Shown: in pieces, positions 14,815 through 23,600 of the stretch
Layout: the number at the start of each line of letters is the position of its first letter
Position numbering within the stretch: the first letter of the stretch is position 1
Assembly (NCBI GenBank): GCA_963741385.1
Contig: CAVUHO010000003.1
Coordinates: 512,695-576,694 of the forward strand
DNA: 64,000 nucleotides
Source of the DNA: Candidatus Sulfomarinibacteraceae bacterium
Lineage (GTDB): Bacteria > Acidobacteriota > Thermoanaerobaculia > Thermoanaerobaculales > Sulfomarinibacteraceae
Direction of reading: 5' to 3'
Notes under the pieces: model-generated
Told to the model about the DNA's origin: nothing
What the model saw: only the letters and a program-made list of their open reading frames with translations
Database searches by the model: none
Made by a program: the position numbers and the translations under genes

Positions 14815-16026
14815 ATGCACGGTAAAGTACTGGACATCACCACCGAGACCCGACGCCTCAACGGGGTCGTGCGTCCGGCACTGGTCATCTGCGCGATTCT
14901 GGCAGTGGTTGGTTTCGGCGGCTCGTTGATCCTGGCGCGCGCCACCGAAAACGGCATGGACCACCTGCTCGAGACCTATCTGGTGAGTTTCGCGTTCTTC
15001 CTCAGCATCTCGCTGGGCGGCCTGTTCTTCGTCCTTCTCGAACACTGCACGAGGGCGGGGTGGAGCGTGGTGGCGCGGCGGGTGGCCGAAGCGATCGCGG
15101 CCAATGTGTGGTTGATGGCCGTTCTCGTCATCCCGGTGGTCCTCGGCATGCACCACCTCTATCACTGGTCCGACGCCGCCGCCGTGGCCCACGATCCCTT
15201 GTTGGCGGGCAAGACCGGGTTTCTCAATCCGACCTTCTTCATGATCCGTCTCGCCATCTACTTCCTCATCTGGGGTGGGCTGGCGACCTTCCTCCACCGC
15301 ACGTCGGTGGCCCAGGACGCGAGCGGCGATCCGGCCCTCACCCTGCGGATGGAGCGCCTCAGCGCGCCTGGCATGGTCGTCTTTGCCCTGAGCCTGAATT
15401 TTGCTGCATTCGACCTCCTGATGTCGCTCGACCCCCACTGGTTCTCGACGATCTTCGGCGTCTATTATTTTGCCGCCTCGGTAGTGGCCTTCTTCGCGGT
15501 GATGCCGAAGATCCTGTGGGCCCTGCAGTGGCGGGGCATTTTGAAAAACGCCATTACCGTCGAGCACTACCACGACATCGGCAAGCTCCTGTTCGCCTTC
15601 GTGGTCTTCTGGGCCTACATCGCCTTTTCCCAGTACATGCTGATCTGGTACGCCAATGTCCCCGAGGAGACCCAGTGGTTTCTCAAGCGTCAGACAGGCG
15701 AGTGGACGACGGTCAGCCTGCTCCTGATCTTCGGCCACTTCGTGGTGCCGTTTCTGCTCCTGGTTTCGAGGTTCATCAAGCGCCGGCCGCTGCTGCTGGC
15801 CATCACCGGCGGTTTTGTCGCCGTCATGGGCTGGGTCGACATGTACTGGCTGGTGATCCCGGAGTTCAGTCCCGGCGTCGCTCGATTCGGCCTCCTCGAC
15901 ATCCTGTGCTTTCTCGGCATGAACGGGGTGTGGTCGGCGGCCGTCGTGTGGCGCCTCAGCCGGCACTCGGTCATCGCCGAGAAAGACCCGCGCCTCGAAG
16001 AGTCTTTGGTTTTCGAAAGCGCCTAA
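14815..16026 (+). CDS. actF: Alternative complex III ActF membrane subunit
   Basis: About 10 TM segments, DLLMSLDPHWFSTIFG, HDIGKLLFAF, FSQYMLIWYANVPEET. Confidence 0.9.
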   Translation: MHGKVLDITTETRRLNGVVRPALVICAILAVVGFGGSLILARATENGMDHLLETYLVSFAFFLSISLGGLFFVLLEHCTRAGWSVVARRVAEAIAANVWLMAVLVIPVVLGMHHLYHWSDAAAVAHDPLLAGKTGFLNPTFFMIRLAIYFLIWGGLATFLHRTSVAQDASGDPALTLRMERLSAPGMVVFALSLNFAAFDLLMSLDPHWFSTIFGVYYFAASVVAFFAVMPKILWALQWRGILKNAITVEHYHDIGKLLFAFVVFWAYIAFSQYMLIWYANVPEETQWFLKRQTGEWTTVSLLLIFGHFVVPFLLLVSRFIKRRPLLLAITGGFVAVMGWVDMYWLVIPEFSPGVARFGLLDILCFLGMNGVWSAAVVWRLSRHSVIAEKDPRLEESLVFESA

Positions 16027-16030
16027 AAAT

Positions 16031-16137
16031 GAATTATGAATTTTTAATTTTTAATTTTGAATTGCCTGCACTCGTGCGGCGGGGCCCGGGGGAGGTGGGG
16101 AGGGAATTCAAAATTCATAATTCAAAATTCAAAATTG
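16031..16137. mobile_element. Minimal heptamer-bounded element inside the act operon
   Basis: (AATTTTG-like)n immediately after the actF TAA, G-run motif at 16081-16104, inverted (CAAAATT)n ending at the GGAG RBS of the next gene. Confidence 0.75.
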
Positions 16138-16146
16138 GAGCCTCCC

Positions 16147-16428
16147 GTGCGTTATGACGATCCAAATGTCGCCGCGTCGGCGGTAGTGGGGATCATCTCC
16201 GCGATCCTGCTGTTCGTGATCATCGTCGTCCTGCAGGCGTATTTCTTCAACGCGGAGCAGGCCGAGTTGGAGAAGAAGGTCTGGTCCCAGCCCAACCAGG
16301 CTCTCCAGCAACTCGACGCCGGCCAACTCGAACTGCTTTCGAGCTACTCCTGGGTGAGCGAGACCGACGGCGTCGTGCGGATTCCCATCGAGCGCGCCAT
16401 GGAGCTCGTCGCCGCTGAAAAACGGTAG
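16147..16428 (+). CDS. ActG-like small membrane subunit of alternative complex III
   Basis: Single TM, C-terminal YSWV...GVVRIPIERAMELV motif; GTG start after GGAG. Confidence 0.75.
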   Translation: MRYDDPNVAASAVVGIISAILLFVIIVVLQAYFFNAEQAELEKKVWSQPNQALQQLDAGQLELLSSYSWVSETDGVVRIPIERAMELVAAEKR

Positions 16429-16435
16429 ACGGTTC

Positions 16436-16517
16436 AATTCGGAATTCGGATTTCGGAATTCGGAATTAGAATTTCGGATTTCGGATTTCGGATTTCGGAT
16501 TTTTCGCCCAGCCCTCC
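16436..16517. repeat. Heptamer array (AATTCGG/ATTTCGG) with degenerate G-run motif
   Basis: About nine units starting 8 nt after the actG stop, followed by TTTTCGCCCAGCCCTCC. Confidence 0.85.
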
Positions 16518-16531
16518 TGTGAATAGCTTCC

Positions 16532-16756
16532 TCAGGCGGCGGTGATCTCGGTCCTGGCCCTTCGAACCACTCCCATTCCTCTTTTTTGGGAAGCGGACGA
16601 CTCATCTCGGTTCGTGGATCCGACGTAGCGGATCACCTGATCGGCTATCGATTTGAGTGGAGCCGGAACCCTTCTGACCAGCGAAATGGCATCACCAGCT
16701 GCTTCGAGGGCCTTGCTGACAGCGATGAGATCGGTGTACGCGCGGACGTTGGACAT
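16532..16756 (-). pseudogene. Truncated four-helix-bundle protein (TIGR02436-like) gene
   Basis: GGAGG RBS, then MSNVRAYTDLIAVSKALEAAGDAISLVRRVPAPLKSIADQVIR. Similarity stops where the conserved S-x-x-S-[IV]-x-AN motif is expected (about 16628). Confidence 0.6.
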
Positions 16757-17071
16757 GGTCACCTCCGGGTCGTTCATACCCTCCCCCAAGCCGGTGCGGC
16801 AGCCGATGTCAAGGGTGCAACGCACCGGGCTTTAGGAGCGTGGAGTGCATAGCATTGGCGGCGCCTTTCGGGTGTCGTTTGGCCCATTTTTTGGCGAGTT
16901 CTTGGCCCGTACCACCAGTATGGACCTGCAAACTCGCCAAAAAATGACCTCAAACGCCCCTCCGAAATCCATCCACCATCTATGCACTCCACGCTCCTTG
17001 GCCCGGCTTGCCCTTGACATCGGCTGCCCACCGGCTATCCCCCCCATTGAACGACCCGGAGGTGACCATGT
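16753..17071. repeat. About 320-bp imperfect inverted duplication
   Basis: Paired blocks TGAACGACCCGGAGGTGACCATG, GCAGCCGATGTCAAGGG, GGAGCGTGGAGTGCATAG and CATTTTTTGGCGAGTT, symmetric about 16912. Confidence 0.85.
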
Positions 17072-17278
17072 TCCCGGTCGCTGTTCCCGGTCGCTGTTCC
17101 CGGTCGCTGGAACCGGACGTTGAACCTGCCGCTGCCCGCTGAACCTGTCGCCGATCCCAGTCTTTGCCGCTGGGTGCTGACGCTGTCGCGGCCGCTGCAA
17201 ACTCATCCCTTTCACCTAAATCTGTATCAAAACGGGATTTTGCCGCCCGTCGGATATCATAGGTGTGGGGCCGGATCC

Positions 17279-17294
17279 TGGCACTCTTCTTGCT
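17279..17294 (+). promoter_or_regulatory. Sigma54 (-24/-12) promoter
   Basis: TGGCAC-TCTTC-TTGCT about 160 bp upstream of the DUF4388 operon. Confidence 0.7.
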
Positions 17295-17454
17295 GTCTCA
17301 GGGTTCGGGGGCGGCCGTCCACGTGGCGCGGCAAGCAGCAGCGACGCAGCAGGGCGGCAACCGGCACCCCACGGTCGAAAAGATTCGGAGGGTCACAATG
17401 TCGGTTCGGGGCGGAATCATCAATCACGGCGCGGAGCCGGATCGGGGCTGAGCG

Positions 17455-18696
17455 ATGGCTTTCGTCGGCTGTCTCGAAGACCTGCGGCTCGCCGAACTCC
17501 TTCAGTTGCTGGCGTTGTTCCGGAAGTCCGGCAAGTTGACCCTCAGCCGCGGCGACACGACCGGAGTTTTTCTCTTCAACAAGGGCAAGATCTTCCACGG
17601 CGCCAACGGCTACTCGGCGCCATCGGTGGGCGAACTCCTGGTGGACCGCAAGCTGATCACCCACGAGGCCCTTGACGCTGCCGTGGCGACGCAACGCATG
17701 GCTCCAAAACGAAAGAAGCTCGGCACCATCCTGGTAGACATGGGCGCGACGACCTATGAGGCCCTGCAGCGCGCTCTTCGCCAGCAACTCGAAGAAATCG
17801 CTCAGGAGTTCCTCACCTGGGACTCGGGATACTTCAGTTTCAAGTTTGCCAACGTCGAGCTCGAGTCGGACGACGAGTACTTCGACGAAGAGGCAAAGCT
17901 GACCGAGGTCATCAATATCGACCCGTTTATTCTCGATCTCATGAAACGGGTGGATTCGATCGGTGGGGGCGGCACGGTGCGCCCCGCCGTGGTGCAGCAG
18001 ACGCAGGGCATCAAGGGTTCAGAGCATGTCATTCGAGAGCTGCTCGATCACATCCTCGAGCCTGGGGCGGTGATCGACGAGAGCATTCCTTTCGACGAGA
18101 TCCGGGAGTGGCCGTCGGAGCTCGCGGAGCTGCGCAGCATGATGACCGAGATTCAGCGTCGGCCGTCGGCCACGACCTCCGAGATCGCTCTGCTGACTCT
18201 CCGGTACGCGACGCGGATCCTCAACCGGGGAGTGTTGGTCGGCGTGTCGCAGCGAGGCATTACGGGTCTCGGGCAATTCGGCGTCGGCAGAAGCAACGAT
18301 GACACACCCAACGTGACCAATCGCATCCGCCACCTTCACATCCCGGGCGACGAACCGTCGGTCTTCCGCGATGTCATCGAACGGAAGACCAGCTATCACG
18401 GGCGGCTCGAGCAGTGTCCCTGGAACAACTACCTCGTCGATCAGCTGGGCGGAGTGATCCCACCGGAGGTCGTGGTCACGCCGATCATCGTTGACGGCAA
18501 GGTCGCGGTGCTGTTGTACGGTGATAATCTCCCGGGCGGTCACCCCATCACTTCGATCCACGGGCTCGAGTTGCTGGCCATCGAAGCCGGCCTTGCAATC
18601 GAAAAGAATATACTTACAGAGAAACTTCGCAGCGTTCAGCAGACGCTGTCGGCAATCACCGGTGGCTCGGGTGACAGCGGAGGAGACGTGGTATGA
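17455..18696 (+). CDS. DUF4388-domain signalling protein with MshEN-like and GAF-like regions
   Basis: GCLEDLRLAELLQLLALFRKSGKLTL...FLTWDSGYFSF (DUF4388), VGELLVDRKLIT / KLGTILVDMG repeats, C-terminal PIIVDGKVAVLLYGDN. Confidence 0.75.
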   Translation: MAFVGCLEDLRLAELLQLLALFRKSGKLTLSRGDTTGVFLFNKGKIFHGANGYSAPSVGELLVDRKLITHEALDAAVATQRMAPKRKKLGTILVDMGATTYEALQRALRQQLEEIAQEFLTWDSGYFSFKFANVELESDDEYFDEEAKLTEVINIDPFILDLMKRVDSIGGGGTVRPAVVQQTQGIKGSEHVIRELLDHILEPGAVIDESIPFDEIREWPSELAELRSMMTEIQRRPSATTSEIALLTLRYATRILNRGVLVGVSQRGITGLGQFGVGRSNDDTPNVTNRIRHLHIPGDEPSVFRDVIERKTSYHGRLEQCPWNNYLVDQLGGVIPPEVVVTPIIVDGKVAVLLYGDNLPGGHPITSIHGLELLAIEAGLAIEKNILTEKLRSVQQTLSAITGGSGDSGGDVV

Positions 18697-19064
18697 CCAA
18701 CTGGCGGGTCATGACGGTCGATGACTCGGCCGCAATTCTGACGATCATCGCGGCCTATCTCGAGGACTCGGAGTTTGACGTCGTCGCCGCGGAACGGGAC
18801 GGCCGCGCTGCGGTCGAACGGTTTGCCGAGGTGCGCCCTGATATCGTCCTCCTGGATCTGATCATGCCGGGACCTTCCGGCGTCGAGACCCTGTCGAGAA
18901 TCCTTGCAATCGACCCCGATGCGTTCGTGGTCATCGTGTCGTCGCTGGGGACCGAAGAGGCGGTACATGAATGCCTGACGACCGGCGCGAGGAGCTTCCT
19001 CCAGAAACCGTTCACCAAGGACGATTTCATCCAGTTCATGCGCGATTTGACGAAAGTGGCGTGA
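18693..19064 (+). CDS. Single-domain response regulator (CheY-like)
   Basis: VDDS, LLDLIMP, SSLG, KPF. Confidence 0.92.
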   Translation: MTNWRVMTVDDSAAILTIIAAYLEDSEFDVVAAERDGRAAVERFAEVRPDIVLLDLIMPGPSGVETLSRILAIDPDAFVVIVSSLGTEEAVHECLTTGARSFLQKPFTKDDFIQFMRDLTKVA

Positions 19065-19072
19065 GGTTCGCG

Positions 19073-19915
19073 ATGGGTGCAATGTTTTTCGGGCAGTACC
19101 TCCTCTCCAAAGGGATCATCGATCGCGACGCGCTGATTGATGCAATCGAGCTTCAACGGAAGACCAACCTGTCCCTGTCGGAGATCGCTCTTCGATGCGG
19201 TTATATCGACAGCCGCCAGAATGACTCGATAATGACTCTGTATCGGACGACGGACATCGGAATCGAGGATCTGTGCGCAAGATACCTCGGTGCCGAACAG
19301 CTCGAGGAACTGGTCGCGATCCAAGGATCCGACTGGGTCCGCATCGGTGCGGCCCTGGTCGCCGGAGGACACCTCACCCGTGAGGAAGTCGAGGGGCGGT
19401 TGGCCGAGTTCCAGGAGGTTCAGAGCGAAGCTGACAGAAAGCTGGCCGCCGATTTCGAGTGCTGTCCGAATCCTGAGTTGGTCAGATCGGTGGTCGAGCT
19501 GACCGTCTTTCACCTCGGAAGGCTGACGAACCTCCCGATCAAACTCGGCTCTTTCTCGGAGGGCGCAGGACGGCTTCGCGCGGGACGGCGTCGTTACGGG
19601 GTGAAGCTGATCGGCGATCGGGAAATTTTCATCGTCCTCGATCTTCCACCGGAGGTGGCTCGGTTGGTGGCTCAGGGTCTGATCGGGATGCCGCTCGAAG
19701 CGGAGACCGAGACCGCTATCGATGCGGTCTGCGAGTTCGTCAATATCATCGGTGGCAATGCCTGCACACGCCTCGAGGCGCTCGGATTCAGGCTCCGGCC
19801 GGAGCCTCCGTTTTCAACCGCCGGCGACGAACCAGCGACCGACCGGTCATCGGCGTTCTGCGCCAACGTCATTGCAGGTGAACAGGGTTTTGACGTTCAG
19901 GTCTTTCTATGGTGA
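19073..19915 (+). CDS. CheX-like phosphatase with N-terminal MshEN-like repeats
   Basis: FFGQYLLSKG, RIGAALVAGGHLT; C-terminal DAVCEFVNIIGGN (ExxN). Confidence 0.7.
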   Translation: MGAMFFGQYLLSKGIIDRDALIDAIELQRKTNLSLSEIALRCGYIDSRQNDSIMTLYRTTDIGIEDLCARYLGAEQLEELVAIQGSDWVRIGAALVAGGHLTREEVEGRLAEFQEVQSEADRKLAADFECCPNPELVRSVVELTVFHLGRLTNLPIKLGSFSEGAGRLRAGRRRYGVKLIGDREIFIVLDLPPEVARLVAQGLIGMPLEAETETAIDAVCEFVNIIGGNACTRLEALGFRLRPEPPFSTAGDEPATDRSSAFCANVIAGEQGFDVQVFLW

Positions 19916-19934
19916 TGTCACCCACGACTGAGAT

Positions 19935-22058
19935 GTGGATGCTCAGATGAGCAGAGACCTCGTCTACGTCGCCCACCCGAATCCCGCCGTAGTGGCGCGA
20001 CTCAGTGGTGGATTGACGGCGGCGGACTTCGAGGTCGTCAGCATGTCGTCACTTGAAGAGGCACATGAGATCACCTCAAATCAACAGTTTGTGATCCCGG
20101 ACGCGATTCTGACGCCGCTCGGCGATCTCCAGAGCGGCGATTCGATCCTGATTGCCCTGTATCAGTCGAACCCTCTTATGGAACAGATCCCGCTCGTCGT
20201 CGTGGCGTCGAGCGCAGGCGAGGAGCGGCGTGAGGCCCTTCGCATGGGGCTGCTCAGCGTGGTGCTGCCGCCATACGACGGCGAGGAGGTCGCGCTCACC
20301 ACCAAGCTCGCGATCGAAAAACACCGGTCGGATCAGTTGCTCTTCGGTTCACTGGCACAGCTTTCGGTTCCTGATCTACTGCAGATCGCCGAAGCAAGCC
20401 GTCGCTCCGGCACCGTCATCTTCAAGCACGACAGTCGAAAAGGCACCGTGTGGATGCGGGACGGGTTCGTGGTCGATGCCGAGGTCGAGGGGGAGTGTCG
20501 CGGCGAGGAGGCGGTTTTCGCGATTGCCATTTGGACCACCGGGACCTTCGAGGCGAATTTCGGCGACATCGATGTGGCCGAGGTCTTCCGGGTGCCGCCG
20601 TCGTCGCTGCTGTTGGAAGCCATGCGGCGATTCGACGAGTCCAGCGCTGTCAACATCAGGATCCCGGAGGTGGAACCGGTTGACGCGAAGGTCCTCGACG
20701 CGTCGCTGGTTCTGCTCAACGTGGTCTCCGGCTACGCCCTCAACCACCTGCACCCAACCATGGTGAGCGATCGCCTGGAGGATCTCCGGCAGAATCTGGT
20801 GGCGGCTCATCCCGCGCTGGCGGCATTCACCGTGACCGAGGAGAGTGCTGTTGCGCTGGCCGACGGTTTGCCGGTTGATGTCGAGGACGCCGAGATGGTC
20901 GAGGCCGTCGGCACGCTGGTGTCGACTTTTTTCGAACAGATGGAGACCGCCTTGGCGTGGCGGTTCACGGCGCGCCGGTTGGCGAGGCTGGTGGGCCCGT
21001 GGCGGCAACAGCTCGAGGAACACGGGTTTCTCGGGCCTCTCGGTCTCGCCTCGACCGAAGCGGAAGAGCGGGATGAGGAAATCCAGGAGGCGGCGGGTGT
21101 GGCGGGCAAGCCGGTGCCCGTCGGGTGCCTGGTGCTGGACGGCGATAGACAGGTGATCGAGTTTTCTGCCTTCGGCCCGCGGATCGGCCGGGTCGATCCG
21201 GCGGTTGTCATGGGCAGGCCGCTCGCCGAAATCCTGCCGGCGGAGTTGGCGTCGACAACGACACGCCTGATGGAGAGGACAACGGACCCTTCGGGCGATG
21301 GCGGTGGGCTCGCCGTCGGTCGCGAGGTGCTGCGCGTCGGCCACGCACAGCACATTGTGAGGATCGCGGTTGTCCGACCCGCTTCGAAGGTCGGCTTTAT
21401 CGTCGTCATCAACCGGATGCGCGATCAGCGGCGTTCGCTGACTCCGGACATCGAACGCGATCCCATAACCGGTTCGCTTCGAGACGGCAGGGCGGATCGG
21501 CTGTTGGTGGTCAACGATGACTTTCTGCACGGGTTCGAGGACCTCTTCACCCGCAGCCTCAGCCACCGCCATCATGAGTTGCTGCAACGATTTGGAAAGA
21601 AGTGGGGCCTTCGCCACGCGATGCGGCTGGAACACATGGTGCAACGCGACTACAAGATGACTCTGCGCGAGATGGAGTCGCAGATGGCGCTGGAGCTGCT
21701 GTCGGCCTCGGTCGGGGTCTTCGGGCTCGGCCGGTTCGACGCCGACCTCGGGTTTCGGGATCAGGGCGTCGTGGTGGTCCACCACCATGCAAGCCCTTTC
21801 CCGGGCATCTTTGCGGCCACCGCCGGCGGCGCGTGTTCGATCCTGTCGGGGTTTCACGCGGCCATCCTGTCGTACCTCGCGGGCCGGCACCTTGCTGCAC
21901 GCGAAGTGAAGTGTGCGCGGGAGCCCGGCGACTCCTGCCTCTTCGTGATCGCGACCGAAGACCGCTTGACCAAGCTCCTGATCGCGACGCCGTGTTCAGC
22001 GGATCATGCCCTGCTGGAAGAAATCAAAGAGTCGGGGGGGAAGGGGGAGGCTGGATGA
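19935..22058 (+). CDS. Multidomain signalling protein: pseudo-receiver, DUF4388, PAS-like and V4R-like
   Basis: GSLAQLSVPDLLQIAEASRRSG (DUF4388); C-terminal CSILSGFHAAILS...AREVKC...GDSCLFVI (V4R-like cysteines). Confidence 0.7.
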   Translation: MDAQMSRDLVYVAHPNPAVVARLSGGLTAADFEVVSMSSLEEAHEITSNQQFVIPDAILTPLGDLQSGDSILIALYQSNPLMEQIPLVVVASSAGEERREALRMGLLSVVLPPYDGEEVALTTKLAIEKHRSDQLLFGSLAQLSVPDLLQIAEASRRSGTVIFKHDSRKGTVWMRDGFVVDAEVEGECRGEEAVFAIAIWTTGTFEANFGDIDVAEVFRVPPSSLLLEAMRRFDESSAVNIRIPEVEPVDAKVLDASLVLLNVVSGYALNHLHPTMVSDRLEDLRQNLVAAHPALAAFTVTEESAVALADGLPVDVEDAEMVEAVGTLVSTFFEQMETALAWRFTARRLARLVGPWRQQLEEHGFLGPLGLASTEAEERDEEIQEAAGVAGKPVPVGCLVLDGDRQVIEFSAFGPRIGRVDPAVVMGRPLAEILPAELASTTTRLMERTTDPSGDGGGLAVGREVLRVGHAQHIVRIAVVRPASKVGFIVVINRMRDQRRSLTPDIERDPITGSLRDGRADRLLVVNDDFLHGFEDLFTRSLSHRHHELLQRFGKKWGLRHAMRLEHMVQRDYKMTLREMESQMALELLSASVGVFGLGRFDADLGFRDQGVVVVHHHASPFPGIFAATAGGACSILSGFHAAILSYLAGRHLAAREVKCAREPGDSCLFVIATEDRLTKLLIATPCSADHALLEEIKESGGKGEAG

Positions 22059-22309
22059 AGGACCGGAAGCTGCCGCCGCAGACCCTGGCCGCCGTGCTCG
22101 ATCACACCCATTGGGATTACTCGGCGGCTGCCGACCGGAGATTTCTGTTGGTCTCCGTCGAACGCATGTTCGCCAGCGTCGCGTGGGAGATCTCGCCGCA
22201 GCACCTCACGCCGATGGCCGCACCCGTGCCTCCTGGCTCGCCTGTGGCGGGTTCAGCCGATTTCGAAACCCAACCGTTGGAGAGGCTGGTCGGCGATCAC
22301 GGCGTCTGA
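22055..22309 (+). CDS. Small hypothetical protein
   Basis: ATGA overlap with the upstream gene and a GGAGG RBS; overlaps the cheX 3' end by 13 bp. Confidence 0.35.
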   Translation: MKDRKLPPQTLAAVLDHTHWDYSAAADRRFLLVSVERMFASVAWEISPQHLTPMAAPVPPGSPVAGSADFETQPLERLVGDHGV

Positions 22310-22737
22310 ATCACATCCACGACCAGCGGTTCGCCCTCGAAGGTGAAGCCGGCCCTGGCGACGATGCGTTCGCCGTCGTCATCTGCAACCGGCGGTCCGA
22401 CATTCGCGACCTCGCAGGCGCCGGGAAGGACCGATTTGAGGTTGCCTGCGGTCATGTGGGCCATCTCAGCCACCGTGTCGCGGATGTCGCTCGTCCCAAC
22501 GTCCTTGCCGCTGACCGCGAAAGCGGCCGCGGCGGCGCAGAGGGACACGTGAGGAGAGCACCGCTGCTCGAGTCTTCCGTTGAACTCGCCGACAAAGCGG
22601 ATCGTCACCACCACCGTGTCTCCGGCCGAGAGTCGGCTCGCGAGCCCGGCGGCGTCGGCGGTCTCGAGCTCGAGACCGAGTTGGGTCGACCAGACGGTGC
22701 GGACAATACGTTGCAGATCAGCGGCTGAAAAGCTCAT
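22297..22737 (-). CDS. cheX: Chemotaxis phosphatase CheX family
   Basis: DIRDTVAEMAHMTAGNLKSVLP; last gene of the che operon. Confidence 0.75.
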   Translation of the reverse strand: MSFSAADLQRIVRTVWSTQLGLELETADAAGLASRLSAGDTVVVTIRFVGEFNGRLEQRCSPHVSLCAAAAAFAVSGKDVGTSDIRDTVAEMAHMTAGNLKSVLPGACEVANVGPPVADDDGERIVARAGFTFEGEPLVVDVIQTP

Positions 22738-23600
22738 CCACCTGCACCTTTCGACACCTGGTAAAAGACCGCCCGGCCGACTCGGACCCGATCGAAGAGG
22801 TCATCGAGGTTGAGGGTTGTTTCAGCGGAGCCGAGCAACAGATACCCGTCGGGCCGGAGCAGACGCCGGACCTGACGGAGCGCCCTGCGCCGGGTCGCGA
22901 CGTCGAAGTAGATCAGGACGTTTCGCAGCAGCAGGACGTCGACCTGCGGCACCGTGGACCACTCTTCAGCGAGGTTCTGTTGAAAGAAGCGGAACATCTG
23001 GCGGACGTCCTCTTTGAGGACCCACCGATCCTCGATCTGGTCGAAGAACCGGACCAGGTAGGGGGCTGGCAGTCCCCGGTTGACCTCGAGCTGGCTGTAG
23101 GTTCCGAGCCTCGCGCGTTCGACCATCTGGTGGGAGAAGTCGCTGGCGAGCAATTGCAGGTTCCAGCCCGCGAGGCTGGCAAACCGGTCGCGGAGGACCA
23201 TCGCGATGCTGTGCGGTTCCTGGCCGCTTGAACAACCGGCCGACCAGATGCTCAAGCTCCTGGTGGACTGTGATCGTCGTTGAATGAGTTCGGGGAGGAT
23301 CTCGTCGCGCAGTGCGACGAAGGGATGGAGGTCGCGGAAGAAGGAGGTCTCCGTGGTGGCGATGGCCTCGACCACCCTGGCGTGGAGGTCGCCCTGCGGG
23401 GCGCTCTGCAGGTGGGAGATCAAGGCCCCGACCGTGTCGAAATCGTTGTTCCGTGCGACCGGCAGAAGTCGGGAGACCACCAGGTAGGTTTTGCTGTCGT
23501 CGAGGACGATCGCCGACGACTTGCGCACGAGCGCGCGGACGTACTCGAAGTCGAGCCTGCTGAGCGGCGGCTGCTCCGGCGGAAAGGTGGGGCCGTTCAC
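22734..23600 (-). CDS. cheR: Chemotaxis methyltransferase
   Basis: TTETSFFRD, IWSAGCSSGQEPHS, RNVLIYFD, GYLLLGSAE; GTG start overlapping the cheB stop. Confidence 0.93.
   Translation of the reverse strand: MNGPTFPPEQPPLSRLDFEYVRALVRKSSAIVLDDSKTYLVVSRLLPVARNNDFDTVGALISHLQSAPQGDLHARVVEAIATTETSFFRDLHPFVALRDEILPELIQRRSQSTRSLSIWSAGCSSGQEPHSIAMVLRDRFASLAGWNLQLLASDFSHQMVERARLGTYSQLEVNRGLPAPYLVRFFDQIEDRWVLKEDVRQMFRFFQQNLAEEWSTVPQVDVLLLRNVLIYFDVATRRRALRQVRRLLRPDGYLLLGSAETTLNLDDLFDRVRVGRAVFYQVSKGAGG

Noticed and set aside
16600-16628. GIY-YIG nuclease remnant (YVGST) fused to the truncated four-helix-bundle gene
   Set aside because: Only five residues match and the downstream conserved Arg/His/Glu pattern is not evident.
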